The notes under the pieces are model-generated. The model did no database searches, was not told where the DNA came from, and saw only the letters and a list, made by a program, of their open reading frames with translations. Shown here in pieces: positions 1 to 12,270 of a stretch of 64,000 bases of DNA. Within the stretch, counting starts at the first letter, position 1; every line of letters starts with the position of its first letter. The DNA is from Alphaproteobacteria bacterium (lineage in GTDB: Bacteria; Pseudomonadota; Alphaproteobacteria; UBA828), in the NCBI GenBank assembly GCA_965237415.1, contig CBDEFM010000002.1:2976001-3040000 (forward strand), in the 5' to 3' direction. The position numbers and the translations under genes are program-made.

Positions 1-16
1 GCGTCTGGCAGGAGAC

Positions 17-685
17 GTGGCAGCGCTCGCAAGGGCCGGCGAGCCGCTGGAGCGTCGCCGCCGCCACCTCAATGCCGTAATCTTCGACGCGCATGGCTAC
101 GCCGGCGATGCCGAGACCTACGATGCGCCGGAGAATGCGAACCTGCTTCAGGTCATCGACCGCAGGGTGGGCCTGCCGGTCAGCCTCGGCATCCTCTATA
201 TCCAGGCTGCCCGGGCGCAGGGCTGGGTGGTGGACGGGCTTGCCTTCCCCGGTCATTTCCTGGTGCGTATGGACGAAGGCGACGGCCGGGTCATCGTCGA
301 TCCCTTCCATCGGGGCCAGTTGCTGGAAGCGGGTCACCTGCGCGGCCTGCTTAAGCAGTTCCGGGGTGCCGATGCGGAGCTGGAACCCGGCCACTACGCG
401 CCGGTCGGCAACAGGGCGATCCTGCTCAGGCTTCAGAACAACATCAAATCCCGCGCGCTCCAGGCCAGCGACGGCGCGCGTGCCGCCGCGATCCTGGAGC
501 GCATGCTGCTGATCGCACCCGAGGCCGGCGGCCTCTGGCACGAGCTCGGCATGGTGCGCGCGCGGCTCGGGACCATCAAGGGTGCGGTCGAAGCGCTGGA
601 GCGAAGCCTCGCCTGCCCGCTCCCCGAAGCCGCGCGATCGCGTGTCGAGGCCGCGCTTGCATCGCTGACGACCAGCCTCCATTGA
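17..685 (+). CDS. SirB1/transglutaminase-like protein with C-terminal TPR (probably 5'-partial at window edge)
   Basis: Motifs Y.GD.ETY..PEN..L..V..RR.GLPVSLGILY, FPGHFLVR, VDPF, LLRLQNNIK, followed by TPR-like helices. Confidence 0.8.
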   Translation: MAALARAGEPLERRRRHLNAVIFDAHGYAGDAETYDAPENANLLQVIDRRVGLPVSLGILYIQAARAQGWVVDGLAFPGHFLVRMDEGDGRVIVDPFHRGQLLEAGHLRGLLKQFRGADAELEPGHYAPVGNRAILLRLQNNIKSRALQASDGARAAAILERMLLIAPEAGGLWHELGMVRARLGTIKGAVEALERSLACPLPEAARSRVEAALASLTTSLH

Positions 686-694
686 GTTCGAAGG

Positions 695-1660
695 ATGCAG
701 GGGATCCATGACATGAGTCTCGCCGTGGCCATTCAGATGGATCCCATCGACGCCATCGACATCGAGGCCGACAGCACCTTCGTGCTCGCGCTCGAAGCCC
801 AGGCCCGCGGCCATCGGCTGTATCACTATCTGCCGCAACAGCTCTCGCTGACGGCGGCCGGTGCGGTGGCAACCGTGCGCCCCCTCGAGGTGCGCCGGAA
901 GAGCGGCGATCATTTCACCCTCGGCGCGCCAGAGTTCGTCGATCTGGCCACCATGGACGTCGTCCTGATGCGCCAGGACCCGCCCTTCGACATGGCCTAC
1001 ATCACGGCCACCCACATCCTGGAGCACATCCACCCCGAGACGCTCGTGGTCAACGACCCCGTCCATGTGCGGAACGCGCCCGAAAAGCTCTTCGTCACCC
1101 GGTTTCCGGAGCTGATGCCGCCGACGCTCATCACCGCCGAGCGCGACATGATCGTCGAGTTCCGCGCTCAGCATGGCGACATCATCCTCAAACCGCTCTT
1201 CGGCAACGGCGGCGCGGGCGTGTTCCACGTTGGGCCCGAGGACGAGAACCTCAACGCCTTGATCGAGATGTTCGGCACGTTCTTTCGCGAGCCGATCATC
1301 GCCCAGGCCTATCTGCCGGCGGTCCGGGCCGGCGACAAGCGCATCATCCTGGTGGAAGGCGAGCCGGTCGGCGCCGTGAACCGCGTGCCGGCCGCCGGTG
1401 AGGCGCGCGCCAACATGCATGTCGGCGCCCGTCCGGACAGGACCACGCTGAGCGATCGCGATCGCGAGATTTGCGCGGCCATCGGGCCTGCGCTCAGAGA
1501 GCGCGGCCTGATCTTCACCGGGATCGACGTGATCGGCGGTTACCTTACCGAGATCAACGTCACCTCGCCCACCGGCATCCAGGAGATCAACCGGCTGGAT
1601 GGCACTCGCCTCGAAGCCCTGATCTGGTACGCAATCGAGGTGCGGATAAAGCGCGTGTAA
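695..1660 (+). CDS. gshB: Glutathione synthetase
   Basis: [56 protein letters not shown]. The start may be the Met at 713. Confidence 0.95.
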   Translation: MQGIHDMSLAVAIQMDPIDAIDIEADSTFVLALEAQARGHRLYHYLPQQLSLTAAGAVATVRPLEVRRKSGDHFTLGAPEFVDLATMDVVLMRQDPPFDMAYITATHILEHIHPETLVVNDPVHVRNAPEKLFVTRFPELMPPTLITAERDMIVEFRAQHGDIILKPLFGNGGAGVFHVGPEDENLNALIEMFGTFFREPIIAQAYLPAVRAGDKRIILVEGEPVGAVNRVPAAGEARANMHVGARPDRTTLSDRDREICAAIGPALRERGLIFTGIDVIGGYLTEINVTSPTGIQEINRLDGTRLEALIWYAIEVRIKRV

Positions 1661-2079
1661 GGCCACTCTCCCAACCGTCAGAAGCGACCCCTGGCCGGAG
1701 ACGGGCCGCGTCGCCTCCGTCCCGAGCCTTTCGTCCGACGGTCCGTTGGGACCCTTCTTCTATCGAACATATCGATTCGGGCTGGTGTAACGGGACCGCT
1801 GCTCCTTGACGGTGGGTATGGGCGCCCATACGATACTTGCGACGTGTCTAGGCGGCATGCCGTGAAGCACCCCGGTCTCTGCTTCGGGATCAAGAGTGAA
1901 ACCGGCAGTTCTGCGCAGACCGCCAGGGAGAAAGAGGTGGATCCACTTCGTTCAATTTTGTTTGTCTACCCCACCTTTTCGGCCGCGCTGAAAGCCGGCC
2001 AGATGCCAGCCATCAATCACACAAACGACAACCGTAGATCGCCCTTTGTGCTTGCACAAATCAGGGGGAGGAGGGAGCT

Positions 2080-3354
2080 ATGAAACGTCGCGACTTCTTG
2101 AAGAAATCGGGTATCGCACTCGGTGCCGCTGGGCTAACCACGTTCCCGCATGTCTGGGTGAAGGACTATCAGTACGCCTGGGCCGACGACGACGAGATCG
2201 AGGTCGGCGTTCTTTACTCGCTGACGGGTACGACGGCGATCGTTGAGAAACAGTTGAGTAAAGTTACCGAGATGGCCATCGACCAAATCAATGCGCGCGG
2301 TGGCGTACTCGGCAAGCAGGTGGTGCCGATCATCGAAGACCCGGCTTCCGACCCTCGCACGTTCAACGAGAAGGCCAACAAGCTCGTTGTGCGGGACCGG
2401 GTGCCGTCCGTCTTTGGTTCCTACACCTCGGCGAGCCGCAAGGCGGTATTGCCGGTGTTCGAGAAACGCAAGAATCTGTATTGGTATCCCACCTTCTACG
2501 AAGGGTTCGAGTGCTCGAAGAACGTCATATACACGGGCGCTGTTCCCAACCAGCAACAAGAGAACTTCGTTCCTTGGATTACAAACCAGGGCTACAACAA
2601 GTTCTTCATCGTCGGGTCGAACTACATCTACCCGCGTGAAATGGCGAAGGTGTGCAAGATCCTGGTGGAGAGAGAAGGCGGCTCCTGGGTGGCCGACGAG
2701 TACCTTGAACTCGGTCACAGCGAATGGGGCTCCATGGTCAACAAGATGAAGACCATGTGGGAAAGCGGCGAGTGCGACTGCGTCTACTCCAATGTCGTCG
2801 GCGACTCGATCGTCGCCTTCCGCCGCGAGTTCATCAATCAGGGTCTGAGCTACGACAAGTTCCCGATCTTTGCCACCGTATGCTCGGAAATCGAAGTGCA
2901 GGCGATGGGGCCCGATTACGCTGCTGGCAGTGTCACTTCCTTCCCCTATTTCCAGTCGGTGAGCAACCCGGAAAACGAGCAGTTCGTGGAAGACGTCAAG
3001 CGGACGATGGGCGCCGATACCGTCACCTATCACGCCATGGAATGCGCCTATTTCCAGGTATTCCTGTGGGCGCAGTCGGTGGAGAAGGCAGGCGAGGTCG
3101 ATCCTCTCTCGGTTCGCGAAGCGGCCAAGGGACAAGAGGTCGATGCACCGGAAGGGCGCGTGAGAATCGAGCCCGAGAACCTGCATTGCTGGCTGACACC
3201 GCGTATCGGGTTGTGGCGCTCCGACGGCCAGGCCGAGATTGTCGACGAGTACAAGGAGCCGCTGATTCCGCTCCCCTACTCGGCGTATGGGGAAGCGCCC
3301 GACAATCTCTTCTGCACGCAAGCGGGCCTGGATTCCAGCAAGCTGAAGACCTAA
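2080..3354 (+). CDS. urtA: Urea/short-chain amide ABC transporter substrate-binding protein (UrtA/FmdD/AmiC family), Tat-exported
   Basis: KRRDFLK twin-arginine signal; SLTGT, GSYTSASRKAVLP, YEGFE, GAVPNQQ, GSNYIYP; strong RBS. Confidence 0.85.
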   Translation: MKRRDFLKKSGIALGAAGLTTFPHVWVKDYQYAWADDDEIEVGVLYSLTGTTAIVEKQLSKVTEMAIDQINARGGVLGKQVVPIIEDPASDPRTFNEKANKLVVRDRVPSVFGSYTSASRKAVLPVFEKRKNLYWYPTFYEGFECSKNVIYTGAVPNQQQENFVPWITNQGYNKFFIVGSNYIYPREMAKVCKILVEREGGSWVADEYLELGHSEWGSMVNKMKTMWESGECDCVYSNVVGDSIVAFRREFINQGLSYDKFPIFATVCSEIEVQAMGPDYAAGSVTSFPYFQSVSNPENEQFVEDVKRTMGADTVTYHAMECAYFQVFLWAQSVEKAGEVDPLSVREAAKGQEVDAPEGRVRIEPENLHCWLTPRIGLWRSDGQAEIVDEYKEPLIPLPYSAYGEAPDNLFCTQAGLDSSKLKT

Positions 3355-3366
3355 CCGTTGACGGAG

Positions 3367-3396
3367 CGGGGGCCGGCGTCTTCACGCCGGCTCCCG
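3367..3396 (+). terminator. Intercistronic hairpin after the binding-protein gene (mRNA stabiliser/attenuator)
   Basis: cgggggccggcgt-cttc-acgccggctcccg, 13-bp stem, no U-tract. Confidence 0.5.
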
Positions 3397-3442
3397 TCAG
3401 GCTGGAGTCACGCATCGTCCGAACCGAAACGGCTCACATAGA

Positions 3443-4336
3443 ATGGCCGACGTAATTTTCATCGGACTTAGTCTTTCGTCCATTCTGCTGTTGGTCGCAC
3501 TCGGGCTCGCCATCACCTACGGCACCATGGGTGTCATCAATATGGCGCATGGCGAGCTCGTCATGATCGGCGCCTACGTCACCGTTCTCTGCCAAACCCA
3601 TTTCGGCCTGCATTTTCTCCTGTGCATCCCGGTCGCCTTCGTCGTTACCGGTGCATTCGGCTACGCCATCGAGCGCTTTGTGGTGCGAAGACTGTACGGC
3701 CGCCTGTTGGATACGTTGCTCGCGACATGGGCGCTTGCGATCATCATCCAGCAGGCCATTCGCCTCGAATTCGGCGCCGCGTTCGCGGGATTGCACATCG
3801 ATGGTCTGGGGCCGGGTCTGCAGAATGTCCCGGTCCCCTCGTTCTTCCGGGAAACATTCATGGTCGGCGATTTCTTGGTCCAGCCGTACCGGAGCTTCAT
3901 CATCGTCCTCACGATCGGACTCTTCATTCTGACCTGGTGGCTGATCTTCCATACCTCTTTTGGCATGCAGTTGCGCGCGGTGTCGCGCAATCGGGGCATC
4001 GCGTCCTGCTGCGGCATCGACGACAAGAAGATCAACGCGTGGACCTTCGCCTATGGCTCCGCCCTGGCCGGCGCGGCCGGCGTGATGCTGGCCGGCTTCA
4101 AGACGGTCTCGCCCAGCATGGGAACGCCGTTCGTGATCGACGGCTTCCTGGTCGTGGTCATGGGCGGCGTCGGCAGCCTCTTCGGCACGCTCGGCTCGGC
4201 CGTGATCCTGGGCGAGGTCCAGGGCTGGGTCGCGAGCCTGCTGAATGACGTCCTCGCGCGGGCAATCGTGTTCGGTGTCATCATCGTTGTCATCATCCTG
4301 CGGCCCCAGGGCTTGTTCTCCCGCCGGGGGCGTTGA
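3443..4336 (+). CDS. urtB: Urea/amide ABC permease (LivH/UrtB type)
   Basis: ALGLAITYGTMGVINMAHGELVMIGAY, RPQGLF; hydrophobic. Confidence 0.88.
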   Translation: MADVIFIGLSLSSILLLVALGLAITYGTMGVINMAHGELVMIGAYVTVLCQTHFGLHFLLCIPVAFVVTGAFGYAIERFVVRRLYGRLLDTLLATWALAIIIQQAIRLEFGAAFAGLHIDGLGPGLQNVPVPSFFRETFMVGDFLVQPYRSFIIVLTIGLFILTWWLIFHTSFGMQLRAVSRNRGIASCCGIDDKKINAWTFAYGSALAGAAGVMLAGFKTVSPSMGTPFVIDGFLVVVMGGVGSLFGTLGSAVILGEVQGWVASLLNDVLARAIVFGVIIVVIILRPQGLFSRRGR

Positions 4337-5469
4337 CGATGCAGCTCTTGACCCGGAACAACCTGCAGCTCGCCGCGTACGGTTTGTTCATTGTCGTCGT
4401 CATGCTTCTCCCGCTCTTCATGGACGTCTTCTGGCTCAACCGGATGTCCAAGTATCTGGTGTTCGGCATGCTCGGCATCGCCATCAGCATGTCCTGGGGC
4501 TACGCCGGAATCCTCAATCTCGGTCAGGGCCTCTTCTTCGGCTTCGGCGCCTACATGTTGGCGATGTCGTTGAAGCTCGCGAGCCCGACGAGCCTGCAAC
4601 AGGGATCGGCGGACGAGCCGGTTCCCGACTTCATGCTGTGGACGTCGGAACCGGGCGCGCCCATCGACCTCTGCTGCATCAACCAGGGTTCGTTCCTTTG
4701 GATTCCCTTCAAGGAACAGTGGTTCGGCGTGGCCATGGGGTTGGTCATGCCCACGCTCATTGCGTTCGTGCTGGGTTACGCGATGTTCCGCGCCCGGATT
4801 GCGGGCGTCTATGTCGCGATCCTGACGCTTGCCTTGTGCCTATTGGTGCGCCTCCTTGTTATCGACGCGCAGCCACTCATTAACGGCTTCAACGGACTGA
4901 CCGATCTCGGCTGGTTCACGGTCGGCGGCCTGGAGTTCGACCCCTATCTGGTGGAGACCTATTATCTGATCGCGGTCATCACCTGCCTGGTGCTGATCGG
5001 CGCACGCTGGCTGGTCAACACCAAGGTGGGCGTGGTGCTGCAGGCCATCCGTGACAACGAAGAGCGCGTGCGCTATCTCGGTTACGACGTCGCCATCTAC
5101 AAGGTGTTCTTCTTCTGCATCTCTGCGGCAATCGCGGGCTTGGCCGGCATGCTTTATGTGATCGCGGCCGAGTTTGCCTCGCCCACCTACATGAATATCG
5201 GCTTCAGTATTTCGATGGTGGTGTGGGCTGCCGTCGGCGGCCGCTGGTCACTGTTGGGCGCGTGCATCGGCGCGATCCTGTTGAACGTGGTCGAAGCCAC
5301 GGTCAGCGAAACGGGAATGCTGGTGGAGGCTTGGCAGCTCATCATCGGCGCGATCTTCCTGTTCGTCGTTCTGGTAATGCCGCGCGGGCTCGCCGGCTTC
5401 ATCCAAGCAGTGGCGGACTTGGCGCTGGAACGGCTCCACAAAGCGGTCAGGGAACGACGAGTCAGGTGA
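4333..5469 (+). CDS. urtC: Urea/amide ABC permease (LivM/UrtC type)
   Basis: WGYAGILNLGQGLFFGFGAY, AIRDNEERVRYLGY, VWAAVGGR. Confidence 0.88.
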   Translation: MTMQLLTRNNLQLAAYGLFIVVVMLLPLFMDVFWLNRMSKYLVFGMLGIAISMSWGYAGILNLGQGLFFGFGAYMLAMSLKLASPTSLQQGSADEPVPDFMLWTSEPGAPIDLCCINQGSFLWIPFKEQWFGVAMGLVMPTLIAFVLGYAMFRARIAGVYVAILTLALCLLVRLLVIDAQPLINGFNGLTDLGWFTVGGLEFDPYLVETYYLIAVITCLVLIGARWLVNTKVGVVLQAIRDNEERVRYLGYDVAIYKVFFFCISAAIAGLAGMLYVIAAEFASPTYMNIGFSISMVVWAAVGGRWSLLGACIGAILLNVVEATVSETGMLVEAWQLIIGAIFLFVVLVMPRGLAGFIQAVADLALERLHKAVRERRVR

Positions 5470-5536
5470 GGCGAAGGCCCGCAAGGCGAGAGCCGGTGCT
5501 GGAAGGTTCGGAGATCGAAGAGGGAAACGGTACGTC

Positions 5537-6292
5537 ATGCCGGCGATTCTAGAGATCGAGAACCTTGAGGTGAACTTCCGCGGCTTTCGCGCGGTGGATG
5601 GCTTCGATATGGCCGTTGAAGAAGGAGAGCTGCGTGTCCTGATCGGGGCTAACGGCGCCGGCAAGACGACGCTCATGGACCTCATCACCGGCCGCACCAA
5701 GTCGACCGGCGGGAAGGTGACCTTCTTGGGCGACAACATTACCAATGGGCAGGAACACAAGATTGCGCGGCGAGGGATCGGCCGGAAATTCCAGGTGCCG
5801 AGCGTATTCAAGGACCTGACGGTGCGCGAAAACTTCGAGGTGGCCCATACCCGCAGCCTGTCGGTATGGCGGAACCTCTCGGTGAGCGCGAAGCCGCACC
5901 AGCGCAACCTCCACATCGAACGCGCGATGGAGCTCACCAGCCTTGCGGATGAGAGCGGCACGTTGGCCGGCAGCCTGTCCCACGGGCAATCCCAATGGCT
6001 CGAACTCGGCATGGTATTGGTGCAATCGCCCAAACTGGTGCTGCTGGACGAGCCTACGGCGGGCATGACGGCCCTCGAGACGGAGAAGACCTCCGAGATC
6101 ATCAACGGCCTCAAGAGCGAACATTCCATCATTGTCGTCGAGCATGACATGACCTTCGTACGGTCCATTTGCGAGGTCATTACCGTCATGCATTTGGGAA
6201 AGAAACTCGCGGAGGGGACGGTCGAGCAAATCGAAAATGACCGGGCAGTGATCGATGCTTATCTAGGCAGCGGCGGCATCACCCATGCTTGA
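5537..6292 (+). CDS. urtD: ABC ATP-binding protein
   Basis: Walker A GANGAGKT, IGRKFQ, LSHGQ, LLDEPTAG, VVEHDM. Confidence 0.9.
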   Translation: MPAILEIENLEVNFRGFRAVDGFDMAVEEGELRVLIGANGAGKTTLMDLITGRTKSTGGKVTFLGDNITNGQEHKIARRGIGRKFQVPSVFKDLTVRENFEVAHTRSLSVWRNLSVSAKPHQRNLHIERAMELTSLADESGTLAGSLSHGQSQWLELGMVLVQSPKLVLLDEPTAGMTALETEKTSEIINGLKSEHSIIVVEHDMTFVRSICEVITVMHLGKKLAEGTVEQIENDRAVIDAYLGSGGITHA

Positions 6293-6980
6293 ACTTTCAC
6301 AAATGGATGCCTACTACGGCGCGAGCCACGTCTTGCGCGATATCGACTTTTCGGTTCAGGGTGGCGAAATCGTCAGTATTTTGGGGCGGAACGGCGTCGG
6401 CAAGACAACGCTGCTCAAGAGCATTCTGGGTCTTGAGGTTCGCACCCGCGGCACAATCACGTTGGACGGCAAGGATATCACCGGCAGGCCGACCTATCTT
6501 CGCGCCCGCGCCGGGATCGGTTACGTGCCCCAGGGACGGGAGCTCATTCCCGATTTTTCGATTCGCGACAACATTCTGATGGGATGTTACGCGCGCACCG
6601 ACCGCAGGCGGCTGGTGCCCGATCTGGTCAGGGACTTGTTCCCCTATTTGCGCGACAACCTCGGCCGCAGAGCGGGACTGTTATCGGGCGGTCAGCAACA
6701 GCAGTTGGCGATCGCACGGGCGCTGGCGTCCGAGCCCCGCATCCTGCTGCTCGATGAGCCCACGGAGGGCATTCAGCCCAACATTGTCGAGCAGATCGAG
6801 AACACGATTCAGCGGCTCAACAAACAGGTCGGACTGACGATCGTTCTTGTGGAGCAGAATGTGAAATTCGCGCGGGCGGCGTCCCAGCACTTCTGCGTTA
6901 TCGAGAAAGGCGAGGTCGCAGCGAGCGGCGAGATCGACGCGTTGACCGACGATATCGTGCGCAAGCACATGACGATTTAG
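6285..6980 (+). CDS. urtE: ABC ATP-binding protein
   Basis: GRNGVGKT, GYVPQGRE, LSGGQQQQ, LLDEPTEGIQPNIV. Confidence 0.9.
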   Translation: MLELSQMDAYYGASHVLRDIDFSVQGGEIVSILGRNGVGKTTLLKSILGLEVRTRGTITLDGKDITGRPTYLRARAGIGYVPQGRELIPDFSIRDNILMGCYARTDRRRLVPDLVRDLFPYLRDNLGRRAGLLSGGQQQQLAIARALASEPRILLLDEPTEGIQPNIVEQIENTIQRLNKQVGLTIVLVEQNVKFARAASQHFCVIEKGEVAASGEIDALTDDIVRKHMTI

Positions 6981-6998
6981 AGACGGCCCGCCCGCCGC

Positions 6999-7406
6999 TC
7001 ACGTCTCCGTTTGAGGGTACCTTCGCGGCACGGGGCCCGGGTCGTCGAGGTCCCAGCTGGCGCCATCCAACGCGACCACCGTCATGTCCGTCACGGTGCC
7101 CGGATCGAGGCAAAGTGCGTTGACGCTGTATGAATCCGGCGCTGAGCGCGGCGAGTAAAAGGACTTTACGCCGCAGACCGCACAGAAGAGATGCTCCGCC
7201 ACGCCTGTGCCGAAGCGGTAGCTGGTCAACGTGTCGGCGCCCGAGAGCAGGTTGAAGCGTGACTTCGGCACCACCAGATGACGGTAGACAGTCATCCGGC
7301 AGATGGAGCAGTTGCAGTGCTGCACCTCAATCTCGGCCGGCGCTTCGCAGCTGAAGCGCACAGCGCCGCAATGGCAGCCGCCCCGGTGGGTGACGAGCGC
7401 AGTCAC
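6999..7406 (-). CDS. GFA/CENP-V family Zn-binding protein
   Basis: GGCHCGAVRF, CNCSIC, HLFCAVCG; start taken at GTG 7406 (the longer ORF runs through the tRNA). Confidence 0.88.
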   Translation of the reverse strand: MTALVTHRGGCHCGAVRFSCEAPAEIEVQHCNCSICRMTVYRHLVVPKSRFNLLSGADTLTSYRFGTGVAEHLFCAVCGVKSFYSPRSAPDSYSVNALCLDPGTVTDMTVVALDGASWDLDDPGPVPRRYPQTET

Positions 7407-7522
7407 GGGCGGCGTCCCGTTGGGTGGATATGAGTTGCGGTCGATGTTGCGCGCATTTCGGATTTCTCCTCGGCGCGCCGCAGGCGTCTCTCGGCGAATG
7501 GCAAGACACGCGGGCCGGGCGC

Positions 7523-7597
7523 TGGAGCGGGCGATGGGATTCGAACCCACGACCCCAACCTTGGCAAGGTTGTGCTCTACCCCTGAGCTACGCCCGC
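7523..7597 (-). tRNA. tRNA-Gly (GCC)
   Basis: GCGGGCGTAGCTCAGGGGTAGAGCACAACCTTGCCAAGGTTGGGGTCGTGGGTTCGAATCCCATCGCCCGCTCCA: full cloverleaf with encoded CCA. Confidence 0.97.
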
Positions 7598-7621
7598 CTG
7601 CACCGTGCCCTGTGCGCCGCG

Positions 7622-7649
7622 ATAGTACGCCATCGGCGTGCCCGCACAA
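7622..7649 (-). promoter_or_regulatory. Putative sigma70 promoter of tRNA-Gly
   Basis: TTGTGC-N16-TACTAT followed by GC-rich discriminator, just upstream of the tRNA. Confidence 0.4.
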
Positions 7650-7978
7650 GTCGCAATCCCGTTGACACATTTCCGACCGAAAAGGGTGCGCGGGACGCGC
7701 GCATCCTTCCGTCCCGAGCAGATGGCGATTGACGCTGGCCCTTGGCAAGAGTACGAGGAACGCGGACCGAGGACGCCGCGTCGCACGCGCGTCCCGCTTA
7801 GGGTCCGACGGCGGGTTTTCCGCTGGCCGCTCTGCGGCCGCCCCGCCGGTGAAGGAGCAAATCCTGCGTCACGTCATTGGCCCGCGATATGCGGCTGGGT
7901 GCCATCCCGGCGCCTTGGCCTCGCTGTCGCACGAAGGCTCGCAGGGTGCGGCGTGAGCGCCGCGATGGAGGAAATCTA

Positions 7979-9475
<1,497 letters not shown>

Positions 9476-9830
9476 AAAAGGCTGACCGCCGGCGCCGGCA
9501 AGAGCCGACGCCGGCGGCGAAGGGGCGGGCGCGACGGACAGGGAGGGATCCGTACCCGCCCCGGCCCGGCCATAACCTCCGACACGGCGAGGCCGCGACG
9601 GGGCGGTCCGATTTCCCATAACGCCAGAGCGTGACGCTGACCGGTGGAAACCGATCGGGCACGGCCCGGGCCATACCCGACAGTGTATGACATGGCGCTG
9701 ACCATGCATAATTGCCAATACCGTTTTCGTAGCTCTTGAATAACGAGAGCTTATGGCTTGGCTTGAATCGCGACCGCCGTTCGCGAGGAGACAGGCCGTT
9801 CGCTCCTCGCGGTGCGCCGCCCGGGCGCGA

Positions 9831-10691
9831 TCAGGGAATACCTGAGGTCTGCAGTTTGGCGACGGCCAGCAAGTCGTAGCCGAGTGACGCGGGCGCGATA
9901 CTGCAGGCCATAGCGTCTAGCCAGCCGGTCAATGGATCGCTGACGACGGTCCTCTCCGACAGCAGGCTCTCGGCCCCAACGTTTGTGATCCGGAAGCCCG
10001 CCTCTGCAAGGTCTTCTCGCACCTCGGCAAGCGTATAGAGGTGATAGAACAGCTGGATTTCGCCATTGTCCTCGCCGCGCTTGTAGAGGATGTCGCGGGG
10101 CTCGAGTTTGCCCGCGTCAACCAGAGGGGCTGAGGTGCGCTGTTCTGCGCGAAACCGACGCCTCGCGTGGGGCACGCTGAGGATCAGGGTGCCGTCCGCC
10201 TTCAGCATCGAGCGGATGGCTCGCAGCAGGCGCAGCCTCTCCGCGCGCCCGGCGACGTGCGCGAGCACCCCAAAGGCCAGCAGCCCGAGGTCGAAGGCTT
10301 GCGGATGATCGGCAGCCAGCGCGTCCGCGTCCTCTCCCCGAATAACCAGCCTTTCGGCGCGCACGAACTCGCCGAGACGCTCCGCCAATGTCGTGCGGGC
10401 GACAGGACAGATGTCGAGGGCCACGCAGCTTGTCCCGGTCATTTGCAGGAGCGGCAGGGTGTAGCGCCCTGTGCCTGCGCCGACATCGAGAAACCGCCCA
10501 CCGGCGGGTAGGCACCGCTTCATTTTCCGCAGCGTGCGCCCGTTCGGGCGGGGGTAGCGCCGGTCGTAGAGACCCGAGGAGATATAGCGATCATAGCTGC
10601 CGGACATGTCCGGCAGCTCCGGCACATCCGGGCGTGCCGGAGGCGCGGAGTCGGCCGTGGTCTGCTCCGCGGGCTTTGTCGCCGCCGTCAT
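9831..10691 (-). CDS. Class I SAM-dependent methyltransferase
   Basis: FLDVGAGTGRY motif I, ALD motif II, LKADGTLILSVP. Confidence 0.85.
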   Translation of the reverse strand: MTAATKPAEQTTADSAPPARPDVPELPDMSGSYDRYISSGLYDRRYPRPNGRTLRKMKRCLPAGGRFLDVGAGTGRYTLPLLQMTGTSCVALDICPVARTTLAERLGEFVRAERLVIRGEDADALAADHPQAFDLGLLAFGVLAHVAGRAERLRLLRAIRSMLKADGTLILSVPHARRRFRAEQRTSAPLVDAGKLEPRDILYKRGEDNGEIQLFYHLYTLAEVREDLAEAGFRITNVGAESLLSERTVVSDPLTGWLDAMACSIAPASLGYDLLAVAKLQTSGIP

Positions 10692-10836
10692 CTTCCCGTC
10701 AAACGTCCTGCGTCCTCGTACAGGATGTACCGTCTGAGTCGCCTCATATATGCTGCCAGCATAAGGGGGCAACGGTCAATTCGCCGAGCATGACAAATTA
10801 GGCATTGCGAAATATCTCACTCGATATTTATTCGGC

Positions 10837-12270
10837 TTAACGCGTGCTGTTCCCTGCCCTCACGACGCTCCGCTCGCGAGGAAGCTGGATCATCAACCTC
10901 TGATCTTCGAGCAGCGCGCGCGCGCCGTTCTCGTCCACGGTGGAGAGCAGGCCGGCGGCTGCGAGCACATAGCGCCGGTCGAGGGCAAGCGCAGGCGCCC
11001 GCGGCGTCAGCGAGCCCGGTGCCCGGCGTTCGAGCGCGTCGCGAAGCACGGCTTCGCCATCCGCATGGCGGCCGAGCATGCCGCCGGTGCCGATCACGAG
11101 CGGGACGTCGCGAAGGTCGGCGCCCCGCTGCACGAAGTCCGTGCCCTGGCCGGGGAGATAGACGGTGCTGAGGAATCCGCAATGACGCCGGAGCGCGTGG
11201 GTCACGCAGGCGGTCGCCAGCGCCCGGTCGATGCGGTCCTCGTCAGGGCCGTCCGGCAAATAATCCGGCTGCCGCTGGCGCCGGGCGCAGGCGTGCCCAA
11301 GCTGCTCGGGCGTGTTTCCGGCAGCACGGCCTTCCGCCTCGAGCCAGTCTCCGTCCGCGTCCAGAACGCCGGGGGCGCTCCAGCGCATGCCGAGATCGCC
11401 CTCCACGGTGCGCCGGAGGGGGAGCGCCGGCAGGCCGGCCGTGCGTATCCCGACAGGTGCAGGCTTAGGCGCGATGGCGGCGTGAACGTCAGTGGTCGCC
11501 CCGCCGAGGTCGACCACGACGACATCGGCGGCCCTCGCCCCGTCGCCGCCCGTGGCCAGAAGCCGTGTCGCACGCAGCACCGCCTCGGGCGTCGGCATGA
11601 TAACGGCCTCGTGGAATTCTTGGGCGTGGCTCAGGCCCTTGCCGCGAATGACATGGCGGATGAATTCGTCGTGGATCGCGGCGCGCGCGGGCTCGATGTC
11701 GAGGCGGCCGATAGCCGGCAGCACGTTGGCGACGGTCCTGACGCGCTTGGTCGGTGCCAGCATGTCGGCGACGGCGGCGGCCACATCGCGGTTGCAGGCA
11801 ACGACGATGCGGCTCTCGATGCGAGCAGCGGATACAGCCTCCGCATTCTCCAGGACCTGCGCGCGCTGCCCGCCGTCGGTCCCGCCGGAGAACAGAACGA
11901 TCTCGGGCTGCGCCTCTTCGAGCGCAGTCACGGCGCGCTCGTCGAGCCGGCCTGGGAGCTGCAGCACGATGCGTGCGCCGGCGTTGAGCGCGGCCTGCCG
12001 CGCCGCCGCCTCGGTATATTCGGGCACGAGGCCGATCGCCGCGACCCGCAAGCCGCCGCCGGCGCTCGACGCCGCGAGCCGGCGGACGATCTTGGGCTTG
12101 CCGGGAACCTGGCCAAGGGCGCGGTCGAGGGCTTCGCGATAGCCCTCCATCACGTCTGTCTCGACGGTCGTCGGCGCTTGCGCCGCAGCCAGAAGGCGCC
12201 CCGTCCCGGCTTCGGTAATCGTCAGCTTTGTGAATGTGCTTCCGAAATCGACGAGCGCAATCGCATTCAC
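10837..12270 (-). CDS. glmL: Glutamate mutase L (GlmL/MutL-type) reactivating factor, actin-like ATPase fold
   Basis: LVDFGSTFTK, ASSAGGGL, AALNAGA, GGTDGG, IMPTP, DLGGATTDVH, RTVEGDLGMR; GTG start overlaps the upstream stop. Confidence 0.85.
   Translation of the reverse strand: MNAIALVDFGSTFTKLTITEAGTGRLLAAAQAPTTVETDVMEGYREALDRALGQVPGKPKIVRRLAASSAGGGLRVAAIGLVPEYTEAAARQAALNAGARIVLQLPGRLDERAVTALEEAQPEIVLFSGGTDGGQRAQVLENAEAVSAARIESRIVVACNRDVAAAVADMLAPTKRVRTVANVLPAIGRLDIEPARAAIHDEFIRHVIRGKGLSHAQEFHEAVIMPTPEAVLRATRLLATGGDGARAADVVVVDLGGATTDVHAAIAPKPAPVGIRTAGLPALPLRRTVEGDLGMRWSAPGVLDADGDWLEAEGRAAGNTPEQLGHACARRQRQPDYLPDGPDEDRIDRALATACVTHALRRHCGFLSTVYLPGQGTDFVQRGADLRDVPLVIGTGGMLGRHADGEAVLRDALERRAPGSLTPRAPALALDRRYVLAAAGLLSTVDENGARALLEDQRLMIQLPRERSVVRAGNSTR

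Noticed and set aside
2045-2060. Palindrome tttgtgc-tt-gcacaaa before the urtA RBS; possible ANTAR or riboswitch leader
   Set aside because: A single short palindrome; no recognisable aptamer or dual-hairpin motif, so it cannot be assigned
7523-7597. tRNA-Gly as the integration site of the island
   Set aside because: No duplicated 3' end found in the window and no adjacent integrase
7407-7748. N-terminal extension of the GFA ORF
   Set aside because: It overlaps tRNA-Gly; the real start is GTG 7406
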